A stretch of DNA of 64,000 nt from Neoechinorhynchus agilis (Eukaryota > Animalia > Acanthocephala), in the NCBI GenBank assembly GCA_051530055.1, contig CM121341.1, positions 5,062,784-5,126,783 of the forward strand, in the 5' to 3' direction. The stretch's first letter is position 1. Each line of letters begins with the position of its first letter. The position numbers and the translations under genes are program-made. The notes below the pieces were generated by a model, which had not been told where the DNA came from, did not search any database, and saw only the letters and a program-made list of their open reading frames with translations. Positions 10,517 through 21,690 of the stretch are shown in pieces.

Positions 10517-10987
10517 TCACTCTGATTCTCGGTGGCCGTTTGGCATCACTTGATCTGTAACCGCTAAGTTCTCCTGTTCGCCGATTCTTGAATTGTCCGG
10601 TTGAAGTACTTGAGATGCATTTCCAATTAGATGAGGACGCTGAATCCTTGATTCCTCCACAATTTGTTGTCGTCCTTTTGGTCGCCACAGTCGACCACTC
10701 GTCCTGCTATCATTGATCGCCCAAAATGATTTCCTCGGTCTCCCTCGAACCGGAATTTTCCTGAATCTTCGACAAAAAGACAGTGTATTCCTGATTGATC
10801 CTTTCCATGACTTGGTATCTGTTCTTTGTTGGAAATATGGGATATTGTCCTGAATCCATTCGTAGATTTCATTGACCCGCAGTATGCCGATCAAACTGTT
10901 TTCGAGCGCTGCTTCTATTAAATCCGCATAACTTGCGTGGTCCCATTCGCTGATTGCGCCGTTGACCATTTCTGCAGAGGAATGCAT
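10517..10987 (-). CDS. Divergent forkhead-domain protein (FoxO-like signature), 156 aa, intronless as seen
   Basis: SYADLIEAALENS..IYEWIQDNIPYF..WKGSIRNTLS..KSFWAIN; SYADLI and K-S-x-W-x-x-N resemble FoxO. The reading frame stays open about 110 nt upstream without an ATG. Confidence 0.75.
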   Translation of the reverse strand: MHSSAEMVNGAISEWDHASYADLIEAALENSLIGILRVNEIYEWIQDNIPYFQQRTDTKSWKGSIRNTLSFCRRFRKIPVRGRPRKSFWAINDSRTSGRLWRPKGRQQIVEESRIQRPHLIGNASQVLQPDNSRIGEQENLAVTDQVMPNGHRESE

Positions 10988-11607
10988 TTGATCGAGGTCA
11001 GAACAACACCAAGAGAGTTCACATTGAACAAGTTCGAATCGTTCCGCTTTATCCGTAAATCGCCAAGAACAAACAATGGTAAATAAATGGACAAATATTT
11101 GTCAGCATCGATGTTGGTGTTTTGGATACCATTGTTTTAGAGTTTTTTTGTTTTGTTGACTTAAAATGTTCCTGTTAAACTTCGTTTCTTACCAGATCGC
11201 CGTAGATCAACTGATTACTCATCGTTCTAACTTATTTGACGTTGAAATAATGATTCTTATTAATCGATTAATGAATAAAATCAATATTTAATTTTGTGTT
11301 TATTAACGGCCTCGATCAATGGGTGCGCCGTACCTTCGTTAAGATTATAAAAGTGGGACGAAGGAAATGAGAACAAGTAAATAAAACTTTTCGAAGTGTT
11401 CTTTTCTTAGTCGCTCTTTCAGTCTCCGACAATCACACAAATCGATTTGAGCTGCCATTTTTAACGATAAAGTTCCACACTAAATCGTGTTTAAAAGTTC
11501 GAATACTAAATCGTTTCGCCTGTATACATTAAGGCATATCATCTCGCTGAAAGTGAGTCGTCGTTGTAACTACACCTCGCCACGACGCTCGCTCTATTGA
11601 ACGTAAA

Positions 11608-13458
11608 ATGCGTGTTGTAATAACTTACCTTGAATTTTTCAAACGTATTTCGGTCTACTATGGCCAGGCTGGTGACCAACAAGAAGTCAGTTCATTTTCC
11701 AGCCTTGAGTGGGCCACTGATCAATTTAAAATCTTTTTAATTGATGCAGTTTGTCTTCTTATCGTTGCCGTAATATTTACGATCTTACGAAGGTTCCACT
11801 ACGACGTTATGATGAAGGTATTTTACGAAAAATAAATTAATTTTTAAAAATCCCGTGAATTTAGGTAGCCGTTGAGAGGCTTAAGATTGATTCGAAAAAT
11901 TCACAGTACACATTCATAGCTAGTTCATTCAAAACGTCGTACTATTTACTCATGACTCTGCTCATTTATTTCTTTTTGTTTAAATTGGATAAAGGATGTA
12001 CTTGGAACCAAAACGAACTTATCTTTGAAGGTGGGAAAGTTTTATTTTTGAAAATACCATGAGGAAAACGAACAAATGAGCGTTGAACCTTATAGACCTT
12101 TTTTTCTAGTCTCTAAGAAAAGCTTCGCCAGTGGTTATTTGCAAGTTTATGTAAAATGAACTTCATCGAATCGCGAGGTCGGCCCGCTATAAATTTGGAG
12201 ATTTTATTGTGCTTCCAAGGTTTTTATCAATCGCATTTAAAGTGACTTATCTCCGATATTTTATAAAATCCGACATTTTTTTCCGAAATTGTAAAGATGT
12301 TCATCATTTTGACTTTCTTTATAGCGAGTATAATTCATTTTTATTTTCGTACTCTACTCGTGGGACTTCTTCATAATTGTTTCGCCAGTTAAAAAAATAT
12401 TTCAAGCAATAGAATTGATGAAATGACTCTAGAAATCAATCGGAATACGCATTCTTCTTTAATGATCCCTCTCGTAAAATTAACAAACGACCCAAATAAC
12501 AATAATTTTTAAGAATTTTTTTTCGTTTGTAAGCGGCCGGTCCACTAAAACGGTCGGATTTGACTGTAACTCCAATCGTTCAAACTTTAAACCTCGTTGA
12601 TCTGTAGATTGAGTAAAGTATTTCCGTGATAAGCTTCACGATTGGTCGAGTCTTTTTTTTTAATTGCGCCGATTTATTACAAGACTTCATTTTGTTCTAT
12701 TTTAAAGGCTGGTCCGTTAAAACGCCGACTCCACTACTGCCAAGACTGATATATTTAATCGAATGTGGATTTTACCTTCATTCCTTGTATGCGATAATAT
12801 TCATGCCAAAAGAAGAAACTTCTTCTCAGCAGAAAGATTTTTACCCAATGATCATTCATCATTTGGTAACAGTAACACTTATGGTGTTTTCCCATATTCT
12901 AAAGTATATGTATTAATTTTCGTCGATGTAAAATCTTAATACTTTTTTTTAATTAAGATTCTACAAAAATGGACTATTGGTTCTAGCGTGCCATGACATT
13001 AACGATGTATTTCTGGAGTTTGCTAAGACGATGGGTGCACTGAGACGGCGCAATAGGAGATTTTATCCCATGTTCGATCACATTTGTACTGGAGGAACTA
13101 TAATATTCGTCGTTTCATGGTTTGTTTTATACTTTAAACTTTATTCACTTTAATGTTACAGGATTTACACTCGACTATACTTGTTTCCTCTAAAAGTAAT
13201 CTACTCCAATATATCAGGAGAAATGCTTTCTGGTCAACAATCATTACCTATGGTCAAGTACCTCAACACAATGCTTCTTACTATTTTATTTCTTGACCTC
13301 TATTGGTTCACTGTGAGTACATTTTGAAAAAGTTAAAATAATCCGAGCCTTATCGATTTTAGCTCATTGTCAAGACAGTTAAAAGACGAATATCGGGCAA
13401 AAGACTTGAAGATGTTCGGGACAATTACGTCCGATCTGATTTGCGGAAAAACCAATAA
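11608..13458 (+). CDS. CERS1: Ceramide synthase (TLC/LAG1 domain, CerS1-like), 6 exons: about 11608-11817, 11865-12030, 12708-12903, 12959-13119, 13162-13311, 13363-13458
   Basis: GT-AG introns join GFYLHSLYAIIFM, MIIHHLVT, LACHDINDVFLEFAK, RLYLFPLKVIY and LYWF, which are Lag1 motifs. Confidence 0.88.
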
Positions 13459-13995
13459 ATTTTGTATTCAAAAACGAAAAACTATTGTGAACAGAATTTC
13501 GCTTCAGAAATTTTTAGATGCAAATGTATTTTAAAATGGTTTGTGGGCAACGTGGACAGTAGCATAATGGAGAATGTAGATCAACAATTCTGTTTTGATC
13601 GATTACAAAAATCTCAAAATGTTTATTGGCTTTGGAAAGTAACGATTGATGCATAGACTCGCTTCGTTGGTCCTCTTTTTAGAAGAGATTCTATTCGCAT
13701 CACGACGAGCTCCTTGGCATTTCAATCTAATGATTGATGTTTGGATTCTTAGTTATTTTAATAGAATCTCTTAGTAAAAAACCATGAATGATTGCTTTCT
13801 TCGAATGATAGAGAAACCGAACGTTGTCAGGCAGGAATCAATCTTCGTTGGCCTTTTTCGCACCAGGACGAGCCCAAACATCAATCATTGGTTTCAACCA
13901 ACGAAGAATGATTAAATCACTTACATCGCGAAGAAACCTTTTTTAATGTTTGTGCGTTGGCGAATCTTGTCCCCGGTGTTTTCGTTACTCATTTA

Positions 13996-14048
13996 TTTTA
14001 GAAATATTTCGCAAGGTTTTCCTTGCCTCTTCAGTCTCTATCTAAAAT
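13996..14048 (-). ncRNA. Minimal type-I hammerhead ribozyme (Penelope-associated)
   Basis: Minus strand: aga-CTGAAGA-G-GCAAGG-AAAA-CCTTGC-GAAA-TAT-T-tct. The core boxes, a 6-bp stem II and a palindromic stem III (GAAATATTTC) are present, about 100 nt downstream of the GIY-YIG stop. Confidence 0.7.
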
Positions 14049-14151
14049 GGACGTCTGGATGTAGCTCAGATCCGCGGGTTTGGTAATACCCGAAGTGTGG
14101 GGATCCCCACACACCTCTTGCGGTTTGTTGCCGACTAATTTGTTCGTCGTG

Positions 14152-14711
14152 CTACGCAACTTTGGTACCATCAGAGTGTGGTTTGATTTGTTGCCTTCCA
14201 TCGTCCGAGTTTAACCGGACGTGAATGGCCTCAAGAATCAGTCTTCTTCTAAGATCCGGTTCGCTGGTTATGAATCTGGCCTTTTTAAAATCCACCTTAT
14301 GCTGGATTGTTTGTTGGTGGTTCGAGATTGCTGAGGATTTGTCGAAAGTCCTGCAAGCCTGTTTATGCTGCGAAATCCGTTTCCTGATCCCTTGCATAGT
14401 TATTCCGCACATGGGATTTTGAATATTCCTGATTTGGTCTCTTGTTTGGCTTTCCTCTTGAGAATGCCCGCATTGGATGTGCCCCGTTTGTTGTAAATCA
14501 AGAGATTTTGAGCGAGGTAGTTGAGGCGCCTCAGTTTTTCGGTCGCCGTGTCACTTATGTGGTGAAAGCCGATGTATTTGATGGAGATGCTTGTGGTTTC
14601 CTCCTTCTTGCGATGGCCGCTATGTGTTGCCTTTTTCAGACTGATTTTGATGGCATATTCAGGGAAGCCTCGTGATCTGAGAACTTTGGTGATGCTTTTT
14701 CTTCTTCCCAA
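14152..14711 (-). mobile_element. Penelope-like element remnant (RT thumb end + GIY-YIG endonuclease), 5'-truncated and frameshifted
   Basis: RGFPEYAI (thumb), SGIFKIPC, GITMQGIRKRISQHK, SAISNHQ and RRLILEAIHV. Confidence 0.85.
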
Positions 14712-14805
14712 TCCCTGCTACTTTTTTAATGTGTATTAAAAAAAGAAGCTTTGTACAATGATGAATTTTGGAAAGGAAATAAAAAATTAAAAGCAAGGAA
14801 TTATT

Positions 14806-15573
14806 TCAGAATGTATCAGCGAACAAATCCTTCTTTTGAATTTTAGCGGCTTTCAAGTGATATTTGTTTTCTCTGGTTTTGTTTTTGCCAACAATCCCAT
14901 TAGCGATGTTGTTAGCCTTATCTGCAACATCAACTTGGTAATGCCTACTCAAAAGTCTCAACTCGGAGCCGATACATTTCAATAGATCGTTCACTGATCG
15001 TTCATGGGTATCCATAATATGAGCTACAAGATCCAGACAAAGAATAGCTTCGTAATTCGTTCCAGTACATGCCATGGAGCAGAACTTTTTTGTGAATGAC
15101 TCTATCATGTCCCGAGGAATGAGCGGAGAACTAAGACAACTTCCAAGTACTTCTATAAATCCAAATTGATTGTTTTGACTGGGACACAACGCTTCAGGCA
15201 TATCGAGAAGTTCAAGGAATCGTGGAAATAGTCGCTTGTATTCGAGATTATGCTGAGTAATCAAGATAAACAATGGCTTCGTTGCAGCGAATGCACAAAT
15301 ATCGTCTTGTTCGAATGCTTTTATTATAAAATTGAGCAATCGAGCGGGTTCTTTTGTACGATTGATACCAGTATCGGCGATTAGTTTTAAAAATTGACAT
15401 CTGACTTCGCGATTTGATTGGCCTTTCTGAATCTCATGCGTTAGTTGGACAATACGACGTGCAACTTCACCATCTCCAATATTCGGAGAGCTTTCAAGAT
15501 CATGCAAAAGTTGATTTATCTGAGTTCGAAAATATTCAGGAGTAAACGTGGCCACTGTCATCTTCAAAAACAA
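14806..15573 (-). CDS. NOC4L: NOC4-like CBF/Mak21-domain protein, short form (about 251-255 aa)
   Basis: LFILITQHNLEY..F..LL..FIEVLGSCLSSPLIP...F.KKF aligns with the NOC4 'LFILIHKHNLEYPDFY..FLSSSHLP..AF.KRL' region. The likely start is ATG 15561. Confidence 0.65.
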   Translation of the reverse strand: MFLKMTVATFTPEYFRTQINQLLHDLESSPNIGDGEVARRIVQLTHEIQKGQSNREVRCQFLKLIADTGINRTKEPARLLNFIIKAFEQDDICAFAATKPLFILITQHNLEYKRLFPRFLELLDMPEALCPSQNNQFGFIEVLGSCLSSPLIPRDMIESFTKKFCSMACTGTNYEAILCLDLVAHIMDTHERSVNDLLKCIGSELRLLSRHYQVDVADKANNIANGIVGKNKTRENKYHLKAAKIQKKDLFADTF

Positions 15574-16077
15574 ACAAAACTTTGAGAACCTACCGTGAAA
15601 AAATAGTTATCCAAAATTGCGAATTATGATCTTTATTGGTGGATGCGCAGGGCTACAAAAGAATTTGTATATATGACGCAATGTTTTAAGCCAATCACAA
15701 TTTACCTTTGTTTTAGCCGTAGAACTCGCGATCTCCAACGTTTCACAAATCTTTTATACTTTAGTCAATATATTGATGAGACGAATTGAATAATAAAAAT
15801 GATGTTGATTGGTGATTAATTCGTTATTTGCATAAAATATTGAGAACAAATAAATTTTCATCTTGCAAAGATGGCCGTGTAAATGATATTTTAAGAGGAA
15901 ACGCTTAATTTAATTAAGATTGTAGGATTTCTAGATGCCAATCGATATTTGACGGCATCGTCTTTCATATCCCTTAAAATTTCGTTAAACCTTTCACCAC
16001 ATTGAAACGTAAATTGTTATGTGATACTAAGAGAAATCTTGTTAAGCCAATAAAATCTTTATTACAATGTAATTAAG

Positions 16078-17612
16078 TTGCTTCAATGAACCAATAAGAA
16101 TTTTTTACATTGCTAATTTCACTCCAATAATTTTCAAAGCTTTAAATTCGTTTCAAAATGAGCGGCATTGACATTTTCTTCAATATAAATATTGATCTCG
16201 ACGATGCCTTAAATCTTCCACGTATTTTTTACGTTTAAAAACGGCTTCGGTTGAAAACATTTAAATATAAAAAAATGATGATATTGTCGTCGCAGTTCAC
16301 TTTGCTTCAATGAACCAATAAGAATTTTTTACATTGCTAATTTCACTCCAATAATTTTCAAAGCTTTAAATTCATTTCAAAATGGGCGGCATTGACATTT
16401 TCTTCAATATAAATCTCGACGACGCCTCAAATCTTCCACGTATTTTTTACGTTTAAAAACGGCTTCGGTTGAAAACATTTAAATATAAAACAATGATGAT
16501 CTTGTCGTCGCAGTTCACTTTGCTTCAATGAACCAATAAGAATTTTTTACATTGCTAATTTCACTCCAATAATTTTCAAAGCTTTAAATTCATTTCAAAA
16601 TGGGCGGCATTGACATTTTCTTCAATATAAATATTGATCTCGACGACGCCTTAAATTTTCCACGTATTTTCTACGGCTCAAAACGGTTTCGGTTGAAAAC
16701 ATTTAAATATAAAACAATGATGATCTTGTCGTCGTAGTTCACTTTGCTTCAATGAACCAATAAGAATTTTTTACATTGCTAATTTCACTCCAATAATTTT
16801 CAAAGCTTTAAATTCATTTCAAAATGGGCGGCATTGACATTTTCTTCAATATAAATCTCGACGACGCCTCAAATCTTCCACGTATTTTTTACGTTTAAAA
16901 ACGGCTTCGGTTGAAAACATTTAAATATAAAAAATGATGATCTTGTCGTCGCAGTTCACTTTGCTTCAATGAACCAATAAGAATTTTTTACATTGCTAAT
17001 TTCACTCCAATAATTTTCAAAGCTTTAAATTCATTTCAAAATGGGCGGCATTGACATTTTCTTCAATATAAATATTGATCTCGACGACGCCTTAAATTTT
17101 CCACGTATTTTTTACGTTTAAAAACGGCTTCGGTTGAAAACATTTAAATATAAAACAATGATGATCTTGTCGTCGAAGTTCACTTTGCTTCAATGAACCA
17201 ATAAGAATTTTTTACAGTGCTAATTTCACTCCAATAATTTTCAAAGCTTTAAATTCGTTTCAAAATGGGCGGCATTGACATTTTCTTCAATATTGATCTC
17301 GACGACGCCTTAAATCTTCCACGTATTTTCTACGGCTCAAAACTGTTTCGGTTGAAAACATTTAAGTATAAAAAAATGATGATCTTGTCGTCGAAGTTCA
17401 CTTTGCTTCAATGAACCAATAAGAATTTTTTACAGTGCTAATTTCACTCCAATAATTTTCAAAGCTTTAAATTCGTTTCAAAATGGGCGGCATTGACATT
17501 TTCTTAAATATAAATATTGATCTCGACGACGCCTTAAATTTTCCACGTATTTTTTACGTTTAAAAACGGTTTCGGTTGAAAACATTTAAGTATAAAACAA
17601 TGACGATCTTTA
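16078..17612. repeat. Tandem repeat, about 220-bp unit, about 7 copies
   Basis: 'ttgcttcaatgaaccaataag' recurs at about 16078, 16302, 16520, 16744, 16960, 17184 and 17403. Confidence 0.95.
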
Positions 17613-17979
17613 TCTTAAAGCGCTTTATGGATTTTTCTATGTATGCTAAAAAAACCTTAAGTACTACTTTGATTAACTACCACTGTTGGCGTTGAGCTAT
17701 TCAACGAGCACTAAAAGTGAATATATGCGGTTTTAAAACTTTTAACTTATTATCTCATTAGTTTACAATGGAGCCATTAAATGTAAACGAAATTCCAAAA
17801 CGAGGCTGCCAAACCCATAATTAATTTTCGCACTATATAAGAAGCGCACTTCAGTGTACGTGCAATTTCAGCCAATCACAACGCGAGATTTCTTCATTGG
17901 GCATCAGATAAGATCATCATCATCGAATATTACTTGCATTTCAATGCATTCGGACCGCTCTAAAGTTACCAAAATCACA

Positions 17980-18881
17980 ATGTACTCTCGCCAGTACACC
18001 CCAATGAGTGGGAATTTCGTTCAGCCAATGAATGGAGGTTATCCACAAATTGATGCGGGTTTATATAAAATCCCGATTGAGTATCAATACATCTACGATC
18101 AAAACCAATTCGCAGAATTTTCGCCGCACTTTCAGGATCAACAATATGGTCAACAAAATTATATGATGAATTATGTCCAAGAAAATAATGATCCTAATAA
18201 ATATTATTATCAACAGCAGCAGCAGCCGTATGAATACCAAAATGGATACAGTATTGGAGTTTCTCAGCCGCAGTATCATTCGTCTTATCAATCTTATATG
18301 CAGTCTCCTTTAATGGAGAAAAAAATGGAAATGTCTTCATGCGATCGGAACATTCAACTTAACCAATTTGCGGCGAAAAAGAGCGCGAAGAGAAAAGGAT
18401 CAAAAAGCGACTGTCCTTGCGACCAATGTCAAGCTGAGATTCATGGTGGATTTCCAGTAACAATAAAGCAAGCTCATGTTTGTCCTGTTTCAGGATGTTC
18501 AAAATCTTATCCGAAATCTCAACATCTAAAAGCTCATGTTACATGGCATGACAGTAAGTTTTTTTCTTATCTCCCAAGCTTTTGTTAAAACTATTTATAT
18601 GATGCATAATCGTTGTAGATAAGGCGAAATTATTCACACGTTTTAGTTACGTTAAAAAATAGAAATCGTACTTATGGATTTTTGATCGAAATTACTTTTT
18701 TTTTCGTTTAGAAGACAGAGTTCATAGATGTCCTGTTTGCAAAGACAAATTTCAAGGAACTGCAATACTTGAAGTTCATCTTCAAGAACATACAGCGAGA
18801 GGTGAAAGAGCTCAGCCTCAACTCAAAAAACGACGAAGAAAAACTCCAGATGAAATATCTAACAAACTACGAAGATATTAA
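17980..18881 (+). CDS. Divergent Sp/buttonhead-type C2H2 transcription factor, 2 exons (17980-18553, 18712-18881)
   Basis: btd-box-like CPCDQC; finger 1 is HVCPVSGCSKSYPKSQHLKAHVTWH; finger 2 after splicing is CPVC..HLQEH. N-terminus is Q/Y-rich. TATA at about 17834 and CCAAT at about 17871. Confidence 0.8.
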
Positions 18882-19657
18882 ATCGAATTTAAACTCCCGA
18901 ATAAATTTCGTGCAATTCTTTTATCTGCAACAAGTGTCATCTTCACTTAATACGACTGATTTGACCTCTTCCCGAGTTCAAACGTCCTTCATTCCCTATA
19001 GGCTATAATCAATCAAGCCGCTTATGGTCTAACTAACTGAAGCAGAATCAATAAATATAAAACTGCCCAATGGTTCATTTAACAGATTAGAAATTATTCA
19101 AAATTAAAATAGACGGAATCGTACTGGTTTAATTGGGAAGGCGTGTCTTACGATGGGAATCAGATGGGACTTATCGATTAATTCCATGCGAAAAAACGGA
19201 CAATGTGGATATTTAGATGGAAACCTGGCGGCCTGTTGAGATCGGACCAATTATTACATAATTATTATAAAGGGCGCATAGTATCACTTCCAAACAGAAA
19301 TTAATGATTTTAAATTCGCTTTTTTTGAATACTAAACGGGATCAAATACTTAATAACGCTTCAAAAGATTTAAAATATAGCTCATTTTACGTAAAAAGCC
19401 CAATGAATACGAATTAAATTGCTGATGATTTTTTTCATAGAGAAAAATAATTGTTTCTTTAATTGTGGTAATTAGAATCCACGATAAAACGTTCATTATA
19501 GTGAAATATTTCCAAGTTTTTAGAGAATTGTTTCTTACTCAACAGAAATCACCCAAAATCTATCTTTTTTGGATTTAAATAAATTAGAAATTTTAGAATA
19601 TATTTTAAACTTCTCCATAGATTGGTTCCGTTCCCATCCAGTGAAAGTTAGAAAAAC

Positions 19658-21382
19658 TCATAAAATTCTGTTTACTAATTTCGACAGCAGGGGTTCTTGG
19701 ATTTGTAAATTTAAGGATGATTTTCGAAAACCAAAAAGTATTCTAAAGTCTAAGAAAAACATTGAAGCTTTGAAGATAAATGTGTATAAAATTGTCGAAA
19801 TGTTGTTGTAAAATGAAAGTAAATTGTTTACGACGTTAAGACGCTGATTTGCTAGCGCCAAGAAATGGTTAAGATCGACTGAGTTAAACTGATCGATATT
19901 CTCATTACTTGTGTCAACGTTCAACTATGGGCGACTGTTGCTGCTGCCAAACTATCCGACCCGATTTCGGTCGGCGTGATATTCCGTGAGTTCTATTTAT
20001 CGTTCGTCCATCTATTGACGTATCGATCTTTAGACTCGCATACTCACTGATCGATCGATGCCAATTGATGTGGAATTTAACTTTGTTGAAAATTCCACAA
20101 TATGGAACTACGTTTAGATCAAGACAGGCCTTACCAATGAGTTAAAGATTTCATAGCTAGCGTAGATATAGAAACTCATAATTATCAGCTTAGTCAGCCA
20201 ATAAAACGTAGATTGCATTCAATCTTTAATGACATCGGGACACATTTATTGTTCACCTGCAAAGTTAGGAGAATTTCTTATTCGTCTTTCATAGTATCCA
20301 GCAACACAGAATCCAACGCACTTTCCCGATATTGCACCTGCACATCCTCCCATGAAACTACCAACGCCGGCTCCAATGAGTGGCAATGGAATCAGCACTT
20401 CACCGAGCAGAAATCCACTCACTGTACCGCCAACCGTAAGTGCAGTGTATAGTGAGTGTCGGATCATAAATTTCTTATCCTGGGAAGTTCAATCACATAG
20501 TTCAAAAACGCTTTTGATTTTGTGCATTTCTTGAAAAATCGACAAAAATCAACAAATTGCAACATTGAAAAAGTGAAAAATAGTTAACTTTTAATTGAGC
20601 GATTAAAACTTCCCAATTCGTATGAGTTATATTGGTGATCTGACCACCTTTTAACCTTTCCCTACTTTTCCGTATTGCACAAAGAAGTCTGATTACTTCA
20701 AACACGGTTGCAACCATGGGACTGCTGAAGGCTGCCAGAACACTGAACCATTGGTTCATTAGCTTATTTTCAATGAGTTGGGCAATGTACAAGACCAGTA
20801 TGTAAAGAAACGATGTCCCGAGGAGTTTGATCAAAATTCTGGTAAGGACAGTTAGAGTGAATGCTTTGACGAAAGTATGAACTTTCTTGGAATCCCCAAA
20901 GTAATTAGAATAAAGAGCATAAATGTGCTCTTGATATTATCGATAGAACGTTGAAGACCTCGCCGAACGTTCCATCGAAACTCGTTTTACTTGAGTGATA
21001 ACCTAAGAGTCTGATTGGTTAAATGTTTATGGGCTAGATATCTGACAGTGTGGAGGGTAACTCTATTAAGACAAACAAACTGCTTGTCTTCACAAAGGAT
21101 ATAAATTCTGTGAATATCTAATCTTATAAGATGAGTTTCTTCAGTGAGTTTTGAGTCATGATCACAGTCTCGACCGAATACTCGTTTGCATACGAGGCTA
21201 TCGGAGTAATAGAGAAGGCGGAATAATCGGTGTTCTCGGGATACCGCAATTATAAGTGAGTAACATTGAGCTCCAGACGTTGTGTTAGTAATCCGGACTA
21301 TCTGTCCCGGTCTCAGAACATCCGTTCTTCGAATATTCCGAAACTCATATTTGCTTCTTGCATTCGTGCATGGTGACGGCAT
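19658..21382 (-). CDS. Probable multi-exon gene for a membrane protein with a glycine-zipper hairpin; exon structure unresolved
   Basis: Co-oriented ORFs 20987-21382, 20502-20834, 20246-20467 (GGTVSGFLLGEVLIPLPLIGAGVGSFMGGCAG) and 19658-19924. Confidence 0.45.
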
Positions 21383-21690
21383 TGAGTATTACAGGTGGAA
21401 AATGAACAACAATGGAAATGAACGAAGGCCGTACGGAAAAAGTACGTTTCTCATGTCTCATTTTCTAAAATAATGAAAATTTCCTTTCAAAATAGAAGAC
21501 ATTGCATCTTCACTCTTTCAATTCTAAAAACACATCAAGACACCCCACTACCAGGAAATGAATGGAAATCGAACAAAATTTGAAATAATACGCGTTTAAA
21601 CCCATTTACGCTTTTCAATTTGTTCATAGCATGAAAAATTCATATAATTTAAACGTTCGAACGGACAGAGACTTTATCGAGAATCTGAAT

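Noticed and set aside
13660-13910. MITE from imperfect inverted repeats (tgattgatgtttgg/ccaaacatcaatca)
   Set aside because: Arms are short and patchy, with no second copy in the window and no TSD.
20987-21382. LRAT/NlpC-P60-like domain ahead of the glycine zipper
   Set aside because: Neither the catalytic His motif nor NCEHF could be found.
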